A stretch of DNA of 64,000 bases. Origin: Mytilus edulis (taxonomy: Eukaryota). Every line of letters begins with the position of its first letter. Positions within the stretch are counted from its first letter, which is position 1. The DNA lies in NCBI RefSeq assembly GCF_963676685.1, contig NC_092355.1, positions 13,330,001 through 13,394,000 on the forward strand, read 5' to 3'. Below the pieces are notes generated by a model. The model was given only the letters and a program-made list of their open reading frames with translations, did no database searches and had not been told where the DNA came from. Both the position numbers and the translations under genes were made by a program. This document shows positions 1 through 13,200 of this stretch, one piece after another.

Positions 1-3000
1 GATATGCCTATTTTGGGACCATGCAAAAGTGTCGGTTTATGCAGGATGTTGGAATACTCAGGTGTCGGATTAGATAAAAAAAGAAGATGTGGTATGATTG
101 CCAATGAGATAACTATCCACAAAAGAAAGGTTACACTGCATAACGTTTTATTGGTGTAGTCTACAAAGATTTTATATTTGATACCTAAATGAACATATTA
201 TATATATTTGGAATGTTACACAAATACGTATAAATGATTTATTTTTTAAATGTACTCATTGTTGGTATGTTCTTACAAACCAGACCCGAGCAATTGGTGT
301 ATGTTAAGAAACCTTCAGACTAGATGCAGAATTAGAACTCAATTGCATGTTTCAATCAGATAAACTTTGATTCTTGTAGATGTTCGGTTGCTGTATTATA
401 TAAGGTATTCTCCGAAAGTCTTTAAATTCATCGACATCGATATTCTTTTAATATTGACCACCGACATAAAGTAAGCACCAAATTGTCAAACAACCGTTTA
501 ATGTAGGCCTTAATAATGATTTTCCTCTGAGTTTAGTATTTTTGTGATTTTACATTATAATTACAGTCTGGAATTCCCTTCAAGAAAGCTTCATCATAAA
601 CACTCGTATAGCTGTGAGATGGATTTTTGATGGAAGTACTTCCACCATGTCCAGAAGAAGGATGTTGCCCAACGAGTGTATCGATAAAACCAAACAAGAA
701 ACCTGAAGAAATAAAGAAAACTTTGATTATTCTCTTAACAGTCTGTTTGTTTAATCCGAATTGGATGAAAACCTGGTATACAACTCGATTAACAAATAGT
801 TTATGCCCTAAATGTACATGATGTTATCACGGCGTTCAAAGCGAGCAAAAACTACAAGTATACTTTTTATTTTGTTTGTTTGTTAAACTTTATTTGACAA
901 AACCTTTGGGAATTTTGATCCTCAATGCTCTTCAACTTCGTACTTTTTATGGCCTTTGTAACTTTTTGTGATTCGAGCATCAATAATGAGTTTTTTTGTA
1001 GACGAAACGCGCGGTAGGCGTAATCACAAAATTTAATCCTGGTATCTATGATGAGTTTTTTTTAAATATAAGTATTCACTTGTACCAATACGTATACATA
1101 TATAAACGCGTTATAGATACTAGAGTTACAGTTTTGTATTTGCGCCAGCCACGTGTTTAGGCTATAAAAGACTCATCAGTGACGCTCAGTCAAAAAAAGG
1201 TCAAAAGGCCAAATAAAAAACGTACTCTGACATATAATGATTTTCTGGTCGAATTTGTTTTTCCTGGGCTAAAATGATAGGACTTTTTTTTTTTCGATCT
1301 TGAAAGTCATCTGTTTTATACAATATGTTTTTTTTTTGTCAATTAAGTTTATAACATGTACGACGGAAAATTATGGACGAGTTCACTAAATGGCTCAGAA
1401 TAATATATACAACATTCCTTATGTCTACAAGATATTTTTGTAACAATATGGTCGTCAATAAAAAAATGATTGCTACAAAAAAGTGATGTGTACTTACGTT
1501 TTCTGTCATTTTGTAACATTTTATGGTATATATCATGATATAATCTTTCTACAGCTAAAAAAAAGGAACATTAGAATAATCATACATATTTTCATGACTT
1601 TGAGATGAAACTGAAAACATTTATTTCCCTGTTGTAAGAATGTATTATATGGACTTTTTTGCACGAGTCGGCAAAAGTCTTTGCAGTTTTCCTTTATTGT
1701 ACAGTATGACAAAACAATCTATTTTTTCAATTTGTTAATTCATGGCATAATACGAAATTAATTGACTTCCGAAAGGATGTTTTGTCCTTTTTTTAAACTA
1801 CTATATCTGATCCCTTCATATAACGGTATGGTAATAGAAATAAATTAAGGCTGCATTCAAAGCTCGGAAATATACCATGAGTTGTACATTGCAAATTAAA
1901 ACCAATTAACGATAATTGTTGGTACGATAAATCAGCGATCGCCAAACCGCTCATACCTATCAATAATAACATACCATTATAATTATCGTGCTTAACCCAT
2001 TCTTCTATCAACAGAATTGCATCTATAAATAAACGAAAAATATTTCTCATATGTTATTTGGCTTTTCTATCAACTTAAAAGATCCGTCAAAATTATATTC
2101 GCACTTTATATATTGCGTGCGTCAGAAGAGCTTTTCAAGAGTGACCTGCATCATCACTTTTTATGGTGATTAAGATTATTTGAATTTTCCTTGGAGTTCA
2201 GTATTTTTGTGTTTTTACTTTATGATACATGCATACCTCAGGATGTGTATGGCCAAGAGGGATCAATACTGAAAATCTAAATAATATACGGCCAAATTGT
2301 TTTAGGAATTGGAAGCTTAACATTCTAAAAAAATGTTCATTGATAAACGGGATATTGTAGACAAAACGTATTATCAATTTTATAGCACTGACTACTGAAG
2401 TGATTATTCACACGATGACCAACAGTACGTCTGAATGCGTGTTCGTCAATGTAAATACATCTTTATTTCGTGTGCCATACTTTGCGTTTGCAGCGATTTA
2501 ACCTGCACATTGACGAATTTTGCTCCGATGTGGTAAACACACTTATTTACACTGATACTCTTCTTCGCGTTTTGCTCTTTTGATCGCATTTTGCGGCGAT
2601 TCTAAATTGTAGTTTCAAATTCAATTGATGCAGATTAGTACAGCCTTTTAAATTCGCGTTATTTCTTTTATCGCGGAAATCGCGAAAATAAATTGCTCAC
2701 AAAATTTAGCTGGTTTACAGCACCCTAGGGTGGTACATAAGACTACAGGGAGATTAGTCTGTAAAACAGCTAAACGTTTTAATCACGTTTGATTGTGTAG
2801 AAAGCTTCTCTATGATGCAAATTCGCGTTTGTCAAACTACTATCTACATTTTAATCTTATCGTATTTTCCGTGTTGCTTATATTATACCAAATCCGGTAA
2901 TTAGTCTAATTCGGTTTGATTTTGACTAAAGACGACACTAAATTTCAATAACTATTTGAAAATAAACTGCATAACTATAAACGTAAGTTATTGATAAATC

Positions 3001-3207
3001 ACAAATTCTACTGAATGGTCAGCTTTCAATGCTTTCTTTGAAAAGACCATTGTTCATTGACGACTCAAAAACAATAGAGTTTAAAGAGATTTATGTGAGA
3101 CCATTGTTTAGTGGCTACTATGAGAAAGACATTGAACAGTAAAACATATAGTAGGGTTATTGGTAATTTTGTTTATTTATTTATTGTTTTACGTCAAGAA
3201 AGCTTAA

Positions 3208-3827
3208 GGGCATACGATACAGTTTTGAACCTGTATTTACAAGTTGATGAAAATTTGCATAAAGGCTATTTTGTACCTCATTAAATCAAATATGTAATAA
3301 AAAATATACCTTCATGTGCTACTTTTTGAGTAAAATGAGTTCGAAATTTTGTATATTTGCTCAAAATTCAGATTTGTGTCCGTATTTTCTTTTTCGAAAG
3401 AAAGACATAACTTTTTTGTTTCAAAAGATAAACACAAAATGGTTTTTGTTAAATAATCGGTAACTTCTGTATTTTATAAGTATCATTAAAAATTATGCCA
3501 TTTTTATTCCGAAATAACTCTATATTTATCAAACGTTCATGAATAGAGGAAAAAACGTCATTTTTTGCTGCATGTTTATCAAAATTAAAAAAATTGCGCT
3601 ATTTACAGTTTTATAAAATTTGGGTCACATAATCTCCTTGCAAAATGAAACAAATTGCTGTTTTAAAAAATAGGGGTCCATGCACTCGTTTTCAAATTAA
3701 ATCAGTTTGAATGATAAAAATCAGTCGAAAAATGCATCTTTTCCCGATTTGTCACAGTTTTACGTCGCGAAAATAACATTTTACGTTAGCAACGTCATTT
3801 ACTTCCCTGTAACTGTATCGTATGCCC
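3208..3827. mobile_element. Non-autonomous DNA transposon with TTAA target duplication (Kolobok-like)
   Basis: Perfect 17-bp TIR GGGCATACGATACAGTT; TTAA at 3204-3207 and 3828-3831; empty site in the paralogue near 51520. Confidence 0.85.
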
Positions 3828-4165
3828 TTAAGTGCCTGTTGAGAACCACCCATTAAAGAGGATAACTCTCAGAAGGACTTTGGTCAGTGATTATTTCGAG
3901 AATGAATTTTTATCAATATATGAGTTTAGAGAACTTTTTTTTATTTGAAATTTGCCTATATTGTATGCATAAGTAGTCGCGATAGATGGTTAAAGAAAGA
4001 TGCCTCGATCGCGGTGAAAACATGGTTAGGTGCGGGAAAAGATATCACGATTTAGATGTGATTGATTGATTAATTGTTGGTTACTTAACTTCCAGTGGTA
4101 AATATTTCATGCATGTCCAGGTCGTGAACAGGTTAACAATAAGTGCAATAGGTAGGTCTTGTAAA

Positions 4166-4426
4166 TAGTTATCACAGGTACCAGGATTATAATTAAATAC
4201 GCCAGACGCGTGTTTCGTCTACTTAAGACTCATCAGTGACGCTCAGATCAAACTAGTTATAAAGCCAAACAAGTACAAAGTGGAAGAGCATTGAGGACCC
4301 AAAATTCCCAAAAGTTATGCCAAATACGACTAAGGTAATCTATTCCTGGGATACAAAATCCTGATACTTTTATACGGATAAGGTAATCTATTCCTGGGTT
4401 AAAAAAATCCTTCGTTTTTCGAAAAA
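4166..4426 (-). mobile_element. Hammerhead-bearing retro-repeat insertion (retrozyme/Penelope-dependent)
   Basis: Absent from the paralogous site (~51812); flanked by TTGTAAA direct repeats (4159-4165, 4427-4433); same family as 12820-13200. Confidence 0.75.
4199..4244 (-). ncRNA. Minimal type I hammerhead ribozyme
   Basis: Minus strand: gcgtca CTGATGA gtct-taagt-agac GAAA cacgcg TC tggcgt. Complete catalytic core, 4-bp stem II, near-palindromic stem III, GUC cleavage triplet, stem I with G-U pairs. Confidence 0.8.
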
Positions 4427-5214
4427 TTGTAAAAGCGGCCATCCGGTATGATGATTGGGGAAATTTGGGCTGCCACTGGAAAATGATGGTATATTGGATA
4501 GAGACAGATATTTTGACTTGCAACAGGCCACCTGTGGACCACTTAAAGGGTTTTTGCAAGGGTTCATTGCGTGCAAAGAACGTGAAAATTTCTTCACAGG
4601 AGGCTTTAGATTTTATAAGATGTGAGTAATAATATCTCTATCAACATTTACGATGATTGCTGCAAAAATTAGGAAAAACAAACACCATTCAATTGTAAAT
4701 ATTGTATCATCCACTTAAAATCATTTGTTTTATTTGACTTTTAAATACTCGACAATATTTTATACAATATGTTTACTTACGATGTTTACGTGAAACACTA
4801 TTGCATGTTGTACCTGTAAAATGAAATAATATACTTTATCAAAATTGAAAAAGAAAAATGAAGTAAACTTATGCATGTGATATAGAAATTGTCTATGTGC
4901 ATACACTCTATTGATTTTATTTGTGTCATCCACGCAAACCTTTGCTATCTTACCATCATTAATTTTAATTCGAAATGCTTATTGAAGAATTATGCTTTAA
5001 ACAATATTTTAAAATCAATATTAAGTTTTATTATCTTTATCTTTGAATCGTTAATTACTCATCATATACATCATGATTGAAATTTTGTGACAAATTACAA
5101 AAGACCCAGCAGTGACGCCGAAATTTTTTTTTTTCTATATACAAACCAAGACATAATAGTAGTTACTGACATGTAATTGATAATGTAATATTAAAAAGAT
5201 GTGTCAGAGGTTTA

Positions 5215-5490
5215 TATAATACAGATACAGTTAAGTCTGCCTCCTATCTTGACTTACAACTAGAAATTAACAATGAGGGTCTGTTGAAAACAAAACTTTA
5301 AAACAGAAGACATGATTTCAGCTTTTAATTTCATATGAAGCAGACTTATCTGTATCTGTAGTATCGATGGGATAGATTCGTTCAACATAGTCGCCAAATT
5401 CTGTATTATTTAGTGAGAGAACATTATCTATATAGCGGAACGTAAAGTTAAAGGTTGCGGCTAACTTATTAACTTCATTCCTAAAATATT
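5215..5490. mobile_element. Penelope-like RT fragments in inverted arrangement
   Basis: Minus strand FNFTFRYIDNVLSLNN..IYP..DTTDT; the plus-strand piece 5215-5325 overlaps the same RT segment. Confidence 0.7.
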
Positions 5491-6975
5491 CCTTAATGAT
5501 AACCTTAATAAAGATTAAAAAAACAAAAATACCGATACTCACTTTGAAAACGAATTGAACGACGAGTGGTTGTAGTAGGAGGTTTTGCAGTATGGTGATC
5601 ATGGTCATGGTGATTACCGTGCCCGACAATGGTATGCTTGATAGTCGTTTCGAGCTGTTGGGCAGCTGAAAAAATAGCAATCAGCCCAGAAAGAAATTAA
5701 ATATCATCAGCAATTATTAATAGGAAATTGAATTGCACAATCAAAATCACAATCCGACCAAAGCGACACGTCTATAATTATATTTGACAAGGAAGAAAAC
5801 CACAAAGATCTGTATTCAATTTTAACAAAAAACTTACGACGAATAAAAAGTATACTGAATTGTTCCTAACTTATGATGAACTTTAGTCTTACGATTTGTT
5901 TTGTCAAACTTACATGTATCACTGTATGGTATTAAATATTATCAAAAGTCAAAATTCCCTAGCAAATGGCAAAAACGCTCAAACGCCAAACAATTGGATA
6001 CCAGTTGTGATATTCGTGACTTGGTACAAGCATTTTCTTATGTGGATTCAACTTATTGCTAACTAAACCTCTCACTTGTATGGTATTGCACAGAATTCCA
6101 TGATACTGACAACAATGTGCGAAAAAAACCAAACAGACAGAATAGGTTCAGACACGTTCTTTTTTTTTATTGGTCGAAACTGGGTTCTACTTTCATTAAA
6201 ACAATGAGGTACGATGAGGTACTTTTTTAATTATACAGGACAGAAAGTCTATTATACAAGATGTAAGCCAAGGATAAACGTCAAGTAACTAAACCCAATA
6301 AGACAAACTTCGAAAATAAAATAGAAACTCAAAGAGATTTCCGTACACTTAAACGCAAAATACAGATATCGTACACCGACTTGATTTCTATAGTATTTTT
6401 CAACTGAGCTCCGAGGAAAATTCAATCGCAAAATCCCTAATCAAATGGCAAAATCAAATGTCATAAAAACACATCAAATGACTGGACAACAACTGTCATA
6501 TTCCTGACTTAGTACAGGTCTTTTCAAATGTAGCAAATGGTTGATTGAACCTGGTTTTATAGCGCTAAACCTCTAACTTGTATGACAGTCGTATCAAATT
6601 CCGTTATATTTACAACGATGCGTGAACCAAACAGACATAACAAATAAAATAGTCAAAATATTGGTACAGCCGTCATCACTGTGTTACTATCTCAACAAAA
6701 CTAATCATTTAAAAAAGGGACAAAAGCATCTATCATATTAAAAAAAAAAAACATTCGTTGCCTGGCGTGTCTGGCGTCAGAAAATTTAAAAGTCACATAG
6801 GAAGATATTTTGTCGTTGAATGTTAATTCAGAACAATTATAATTTCACAGTGGAATGCTGGTTGATAGGAATATATAAAAAAAAAGTTATGTTAGAATTA
6901 ATTTCAGAAATAGACCGAGATTTAAAATCGTCATGCAAGTTGTTTAGAATTTTTAAAAATCCACATATGATTAAT

Positions 6976-9000
6976 CCCTCTTCTTCTTCTTCTTCTTCTT
7001 CTGAAAGTCCACCCTATCTGCAGGGTCACCGCATTTAAAAAAACTGTTTATTTTTAAAATTGCGTTATTTAAAATTCTATCTACTGGTTAAAATTTAAAA
7101 TAATATTAACAGAGTTAGAATAGGATAAAACTAAAAATTAGTTAAAACAGGAACTTGTATGTACACTATACATTTAAAATTATAAAATGGACAAAAGTAA
7201 TCTTATCAGTTGTTTAAATTCTCTTAGCAAAGGAAAGTGAAAGGAACTACTAATCTGTACTAGTAATTGGTTAAATGTATGGACTAGTATGGTTTCTTAA
7301 TAAGTTTAAATATATGTAATTAAAAGATAAAATGGTAAGGGATACGAATAAAACAAGAAACTTGTAAAAATTAGCAAAAGTTTTTAAATAGTTCATCTTG
7401 GGTGTCCTTGTATTGTCTATGGAATGAAGCATTAAAATCGCCAGCGATAATAATTGAATGAGTTCTTTGATATTTCAATAGTAATTCTTTTAAGATGTCC
7501 AAAGCTGCTCTATAAGCATCATGACCTTTGTCGGTACCTCTTGAGGGGAGATATACATTTATAAGACATATTGGGTCTTTTGTGGTTGAAATTTCGATAG
7601 CCTGGATTCTGTTATCTCCATCAGGAAGTTGAGAAAACATAGTTGACATGGACTTTCTATACAAAATTGCAATACCTCCTCTTGGTCTACTGATTGGAGA
7701 TAAGGGTTCATTATCATCAATTTGTCTCGAGAAATCTGAATGATGTTGTTTCAATAATTCTTTTTCATAATTAAAAAGCCAATGTTCTTGTATCAGTACA
7801 ATATCATGTTTATCAAGAATATCATCAAAGTAGTTTTTATTGGAATTAAAGCCTTTATGTTGAAAGAGACAATTCGGAGCGGACTTGATTTTCCTAAGGT
7901 TATATCATTCTTGTCACAGGGGCTGCTATATCTGGGTCCAGGAGGAATGTTTGACCTTTGTCTAAAAAAGGATTGTATATGTGTTGAACATTCTTGTTTG
8001 GCAATCCTACTGTGTCAGAACAATTTTCTGATATCATTGTCTCACTCCTTTGTTCAACAGCAAAACAGTTTTTACTATTTGAGTTTGAGGAATTTAATAT
8101 GGTATTGGGATCAGGATTTTCAGGGTAAACATATGGTTTTGGTGAATCTCTAGGAGGACCACTTTGTGAAGGAACATTCAGGTTTGCTTTCATTTCATTT
8201 CCTTTTCTGACAGCAAAACTGTTTTTACTATCTCCTGTAGAACTGTTACTAATTAAGACATTAGGAACATAGGAATAAGAATTTGTGATATGCTCTGGTA
8301 CATTTTTATCAGTAGATGTGTTTATCTGTACCTTTCCTTGAGTAGATGACATGTGGTGAATTTGAGAATGAAGATGAGTAGATGGAGTGACAGCAAAACT
8401 GTTTTTACTATCTCCTGATGAACTGTTACTTATGTCATTAGAAACGTAAGATTTTGTGATAAGCTCTGGTACAATTTTATTACCAGATGTGTTTATCTGT
8501 ACCTTTCCTTGAGTAGAGGACATGTGGTGAGTTTGAGAATGAGGATGAATTGATGGAGTGACAGCAATACTGTTATTACTATCCAAGGGAGATAATTGTG
8601 TTGCAACTGCAGCTCTATGATATATCATTTGTGGATGCTGGGCTTGCATGTGACTATTTGGTATGTTTTGTGACGGTACCATTTGAGTTCTGCTTGGTTG
8701 TCTAAACATATAAGGTGGTGGAGCTGGAACTGTCTGCTGGAATAAAGGATGAACTGGTTGTTGTAACCAATGGTTTTGCACTGAAGTTGGAGAAGGTTGA
8801 ACAACATGTTGAGAGTGTATTGTATGTACAGGGCCTTGTTGGTTCATATGTGCTGTGGCTTGCAGGTTGACTAGGTTTTGACTTTGTTGCCTAAGTGTGA
8901 AGAATTGATTTTCAAGGTGTTGCAGTCTCAAATTTGACATTTCACGCTCAAGGTCTCTGATTCTGTTATCCACTTGTGATACCATGTGATTATCCACTCG
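6976..9000 (-). mobile_element. 5'-truncated, internally deleted LINE (ORF1 remnant + APE endonuclease + 3' UTR with (GAA)n tail)
   Basis: Q/H/P/S-rich ORF with coiled-coil-like start (7900-9000). Endonuclease motifs QEHWL, GGIAIL, INVYLP and IIAGDFNA (7371-7880, frameshift near 7856). RT is absent. (GAA)7 at ~6980-7001; TAAT on both flanks. Confidence 0.8.
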
Positions 9001-9047
9001 TAATACCATTACGCGAGTAAAATACTTTTGTCGTTTGTCGTTTGTCG

Positions 9048-9965
9048 ATATTTTGTCGTTGAATGTTAATTCAGAACAATTACAATTTCACAGTGGAATG
9101 CTGGTATATAGGTATAAATAAAAAAAATCTAAAGTTATGTTAGAATTAATTTCAGAAATAGACCGAGATTTAAAATCGTCAAGCAAGTTGTTTAGAATTT
9201 TTTTAAATCCGCATATGATTAATACCATTACGCGAGTAAAATACTTTGGTCGTTTTTCGTTTAAATTGTTTTCAAAATTATAATAGAACAATAACATAAT
9301 GTCATATAATAGAACAATAACATAATGACGGGATCTTTTGAAGTACAGAGTCACGTCATAAGAACCAAAGATATACAGAAAGTCGCATATACAAAACACA
9401 CCAGCAAAAATTTAAGATACTACAAACACATTGACGGGATGTATAAGTTCAGAGCCACGTCAAATTGATATCACAGAAAACAAATCAAACGGTAAAAGTA
9501 ATATACATAATAGAACCAAGACAAATTAAAGAACAGTATAACACGTTGTTGAGATGATAACAAACGTCAGTACGCAGTATCTAGACATCAAGACCATCAG
9601 GTATTATTTGTGAAGTTGATACGGAATATTTATCAACAAGGTTTTGGTACTTTCCGATGGTTTTTTTTCAGAAAAAGGACAAAAAGTTATTTGACATACC
9701 CTTAGTTTATCAACTTTCTGCTCAGACATTGGTGACGTTTTACAAAGTCTGAGTAGGAGCTGCAAGCTCTTGAATATCAAATAAGTTGGGAAATGTATAC
9801 CCTATATGCAGATGAAGTTGGTATATTGCTAGAAAGGTGGGGGAAATTTATCATTTAAAAATCGTCTCGTCTCGTTTGTCATAGATTATGGTACTGAATT
9901 GACTGTGTATGTCAAATTCGAGATATTAATCTTAAAATGAGGCGGATGAAGCCGACTGTATTTCT
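9048..9965 (-). mobile_element. Rearranged Penelope-like RT remnant
   Basis: 9300-9960 aligns with 24480-25125; 9048-9224 duplicates ~6805-6975. Confidence 0.7.
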
Positions 9966-10229
9966 ATAATATTTGTCATAGGTGATGAATAACAGAAAAA
10001 AACAACAGATTCATCGACAGATTTTTTGGAATATACATAATAAGTTTGAGATCAACATCTTCTGGTAAGAAAAATAATATAACACACGACTCCTGCTCAC
10101 ATTGCTATGTCTTAGGAATTGTTATCAATTCATGCTCCGTTAATATTAACTTGATTTATATAAAGTCAACTTCACAAATCAAAATTCGACTCAATCATTA
10201 TAGCGTTTATTGATTTACATTTTATAAAA

Positions 10230-11125
10230 GTTTTATTTCTTATTTTATACATCAACAAATATGTACTGTATAGTACCTAAGGTAGATGGGGTGTCTAAAC
10301 TATAATCTATAGATTTTTTTAATAATTTGCCAAAATGTAGAATAAAAAAGAATGGATCACGGGGCTTATTTTCACGCTACTCGGTGTTCAAAATTGACAG
10401 ATTTTGTAAAGATTATGTATGGAAAACCCAATTTTCTGCATAAAAGCATTAAGTACATAATATTCCACATCTTCAATTTTGTACCCTGTTACAAGATTTT
10501 TCAGACAAAAAACATGTTGACCAATATTAAGATCCATAAATATTTGGTGTAATAATTTCCAATAATTTTTTACCCATGTGCATTCAAAGAAAAAATGATT
10601 ATAGCTATCAGATTTGAAACATAGCTCACAGTTTTCACTATTAATTACCTTCCAGCAATACAGATTATGGTTAATAGCTAAAATATTATGCAGTAGTTTC
10701 CATCTAAACATTTTTAATCTTTTATCTTTTAAAAAAAGACAGGTAAAAGATAGATTTTTCTTAATGAAATGTATGACATTTTCGCCTGAAAGTTGTTTTT
10801 TCCATGAGCAAAAACCTACTGGGAGCTCTTTATTTGACCTGATTATAATATAATAAATTTCTTTAAACTTAATTTTATCTAAATTGTAATACAATCCATT
10901 ACAAAACATTTTAATGTCTTGTGTTATGTTGATTTTAGTATGTTTTGATATATTGCTCTTTAATTTTTGGATCCAAATTTTGGGTAAAGCTTTTCGAAGA
11001 GAAATTAATTCAGCGATCTAGTTTTGTTTCTTTTTAAGTTTATCTATTATTTTATGAGAAATTTCTCCTTTATCATCAATTACATCATTAACAAAAATTA
11101 TCCTTTTTCAGTTGATTAATTTGTA
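10230..11125 (-). mobile_element. 3' end of L1/Tx1-type LINE ORF2 (zinc-knuckle region), decayed
   Basis: FRWKLLHNILAINHNL..W....CELC..DSYNHFFFEC..V..YW is the zf-RVT pattern; absent from copy B. Confidence 0.75.
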
Positions 11126-12819
11126 TAATATGACAATACACATAGTTTTTGACCAACTACATCTGCAAAAACTACTGCAAACGCCAGTCATCGTCGGATT
11201 CTACATTCGTTTAAACCATGAATTAAATAACAAAAAAGCAAAGAGCACAAAACCTTACCAGACACAAGAAATCATAATTGAACGGTGCACATCATTATCT
11301 ATCTGCAGAACAACTAAATAGTATGCACCATGGTCACGATTGTAAATGAGATAAATTATGAAGCCTTGACATATCAATCAATACATTTGCAATATGCAAA
11401 ATTATATCTGCATTCTTTCACGTTATTTCTTCAACCGTGAATATATTAGCTTGTAATTATTTGTAGGGATGAAGCACTGTCAATATAGCTCTTGAAAACG
11501 GATACATTTTGTCGAAATGGTTTTATTACGACCCGTAAATGATAAATTTATGTCGTCAGAAAAATGTTTGTACTAGCTATGAAACATCACATAATGTTTT
11601 AAAAGATTTTTCGAAATTACAATAATTATTATTATGTGATTTGGTTAGTGATGGGAATATTCGAAATTTAAATAGCACTTAATTATTATTCATTTTTTTC
11701 AAGAAAGTACACACTACAAGTTTTAGAAGTTTGAAGACAAATTACCACATAAAAACAAAAAAAAATAATTAGTTTGGTAAATATATAACTTAAGAATTAA
11801 GATCAATAAATAAAGCTGTGTTTAAAATAAGGAAATATTTTTTTGCAATAAAAAGGTTAACTGTATGTCAATCTTTAGGCGTTGAACATTTCTTGACTAA
11901 AAAATTAAACGTATGCCTTAATTTTAAGTGAAAAATGAATGAGCATAAATAGGAATACACTAGTTTTATATATAGCAGCTGAAGCATACTTCTTTTTGTG
12001 GGATTTTCTCGTTGTGTATAAGACCCATTGGTTGAATTCTACCCATTTCTGCTCTACGATCGGGTTGTTGTGTCTTTAACACATGCCCTATAATATTTCT
12101 CAATTTTATCAATTTGAACATTTGGTACTAGCAGATAGATTGATCGTGAATCTTTCTATATGGATTTATTTAGTGGAAATAATGGTAATATATCTAAAAG
12201 AGAAAAAAAATATTTGCGTATCCTATAATTAGCAGTATATTAAAAAAAAAATTATCTCGTTTACAAGTATCTAATAAGTCATACTATAATTTCGGCATAG
12301 AAAAGTATATACGATAGATTAAGATTAAAAGTATGCACAAATAATTCACACTTGAGACGATATAAACAGTTGCTAATAATCCCGATTTAACTTTTTTTTT
12401 TTAAATTCTTACCCGATTTCAAAGGAATATTTGTTCGACCATTTTTGGTATGAAACCGCAAGTGATGTACTATGATTTGTTAGCATTACACGTATAAGTT
12501 ACAATTGCTCAAAACATTCTTACTGCAAGATAACTCATAAGCTATATATGATGTCTTATATGAATTATGTATATAGTTTAGAAAATATATAATATACCTT
12601 ATAGAGTTTAGGTGTATATTACATCTCATATAATTGTGGCATGTTTAAAGCAATTATATTCGTCGGCAACTTAAAACGCTGATTGTTGAACGACTTTATT
12701 TGTTTTCATAACTATGCGATAATGAGAGTTTCATATTTTGCCCAAATGTATGATGCCTTAAATTAAAGGAAAATAAGAAAAGTAAACACAAACACATAAA
12801 AAAATCCGTTATAAAGTTT

Positions 12820-13200
12820 CACTGGTAAGTCTTATGTAGACGAAACGCGCGTCTGGCGTACTAAATTATAATCCTGGAACTTTTGGTAAGTATTTACACC
12901 ACTGGGTCGATGCCAATGCTGGTGGACATTTCGTCCCCGAGGGTATCACCAGCCCAGTAGTCAACACTCCGATGTTAACATGAATATCAATAATGTGGTC
13001 ATTTAACGAAACTTTGAATTTTTCGAAAAAATAAGGATTTTCCTTAGCCGTATTTGGCACAATTTTTGGGAATTTTGGGTCATCAATGCTCTTCAACTTT
13101 GTACTCGTTTTGCTTTATAAATATTTGGATATGAGCGTCACTGATGAGTCTGATGAATACGAAACGCGCGTCTGGCGTACTAAATTATAATCCTGGTACT
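12820..13200 (+). mobile_element. Retrozyme-like unit: two hammerhead motifs ~319 nt apart
   Basis: CGAAACGCGCGTCTGGCGTACTAAATTATAATCCTGG at 12841 and 13160. The first core is mutated (CTGGTAA); the second has CTGATGA (13141) with a weakened stem II. Confidence 0.75.

Larger units (their letters stand above)
565..11292 (-). pseudogene. Paralogue of the micro-exon gene (exons 1-6; remainder off the left edge), apparently disabled
   Basis: Exons 11292-11259, 5686-5543, 4813-4781, 2022-1975, 1554-1498 and 702-565 match exons 1-6 of the 41534-59262 gene. Lesions: TGG>TGA at codon 7 (11274-11272), and the exon-2 acceptor reads TG instead of AG (5688-5687). Other splice sites are intact; indels of +42, +3 and +39 nt keep frame. 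Confidence 0.8.

Noticed and set aside
1793-2050. ORF MRNIFRLFIDAILLIEEW... as a first exon with upstream TATA
   Set aside because: The equivalent ATG in copy B hits a stop. Only 2022-1975 is coding, as an internal exon after a conserved acceptor.
9001-9009. ATG start of the 369-aa ORF as a host gene
   Set aside because: The first codons come from the flanking Penelope fragment; the rest is a truncated LINE ORF1.
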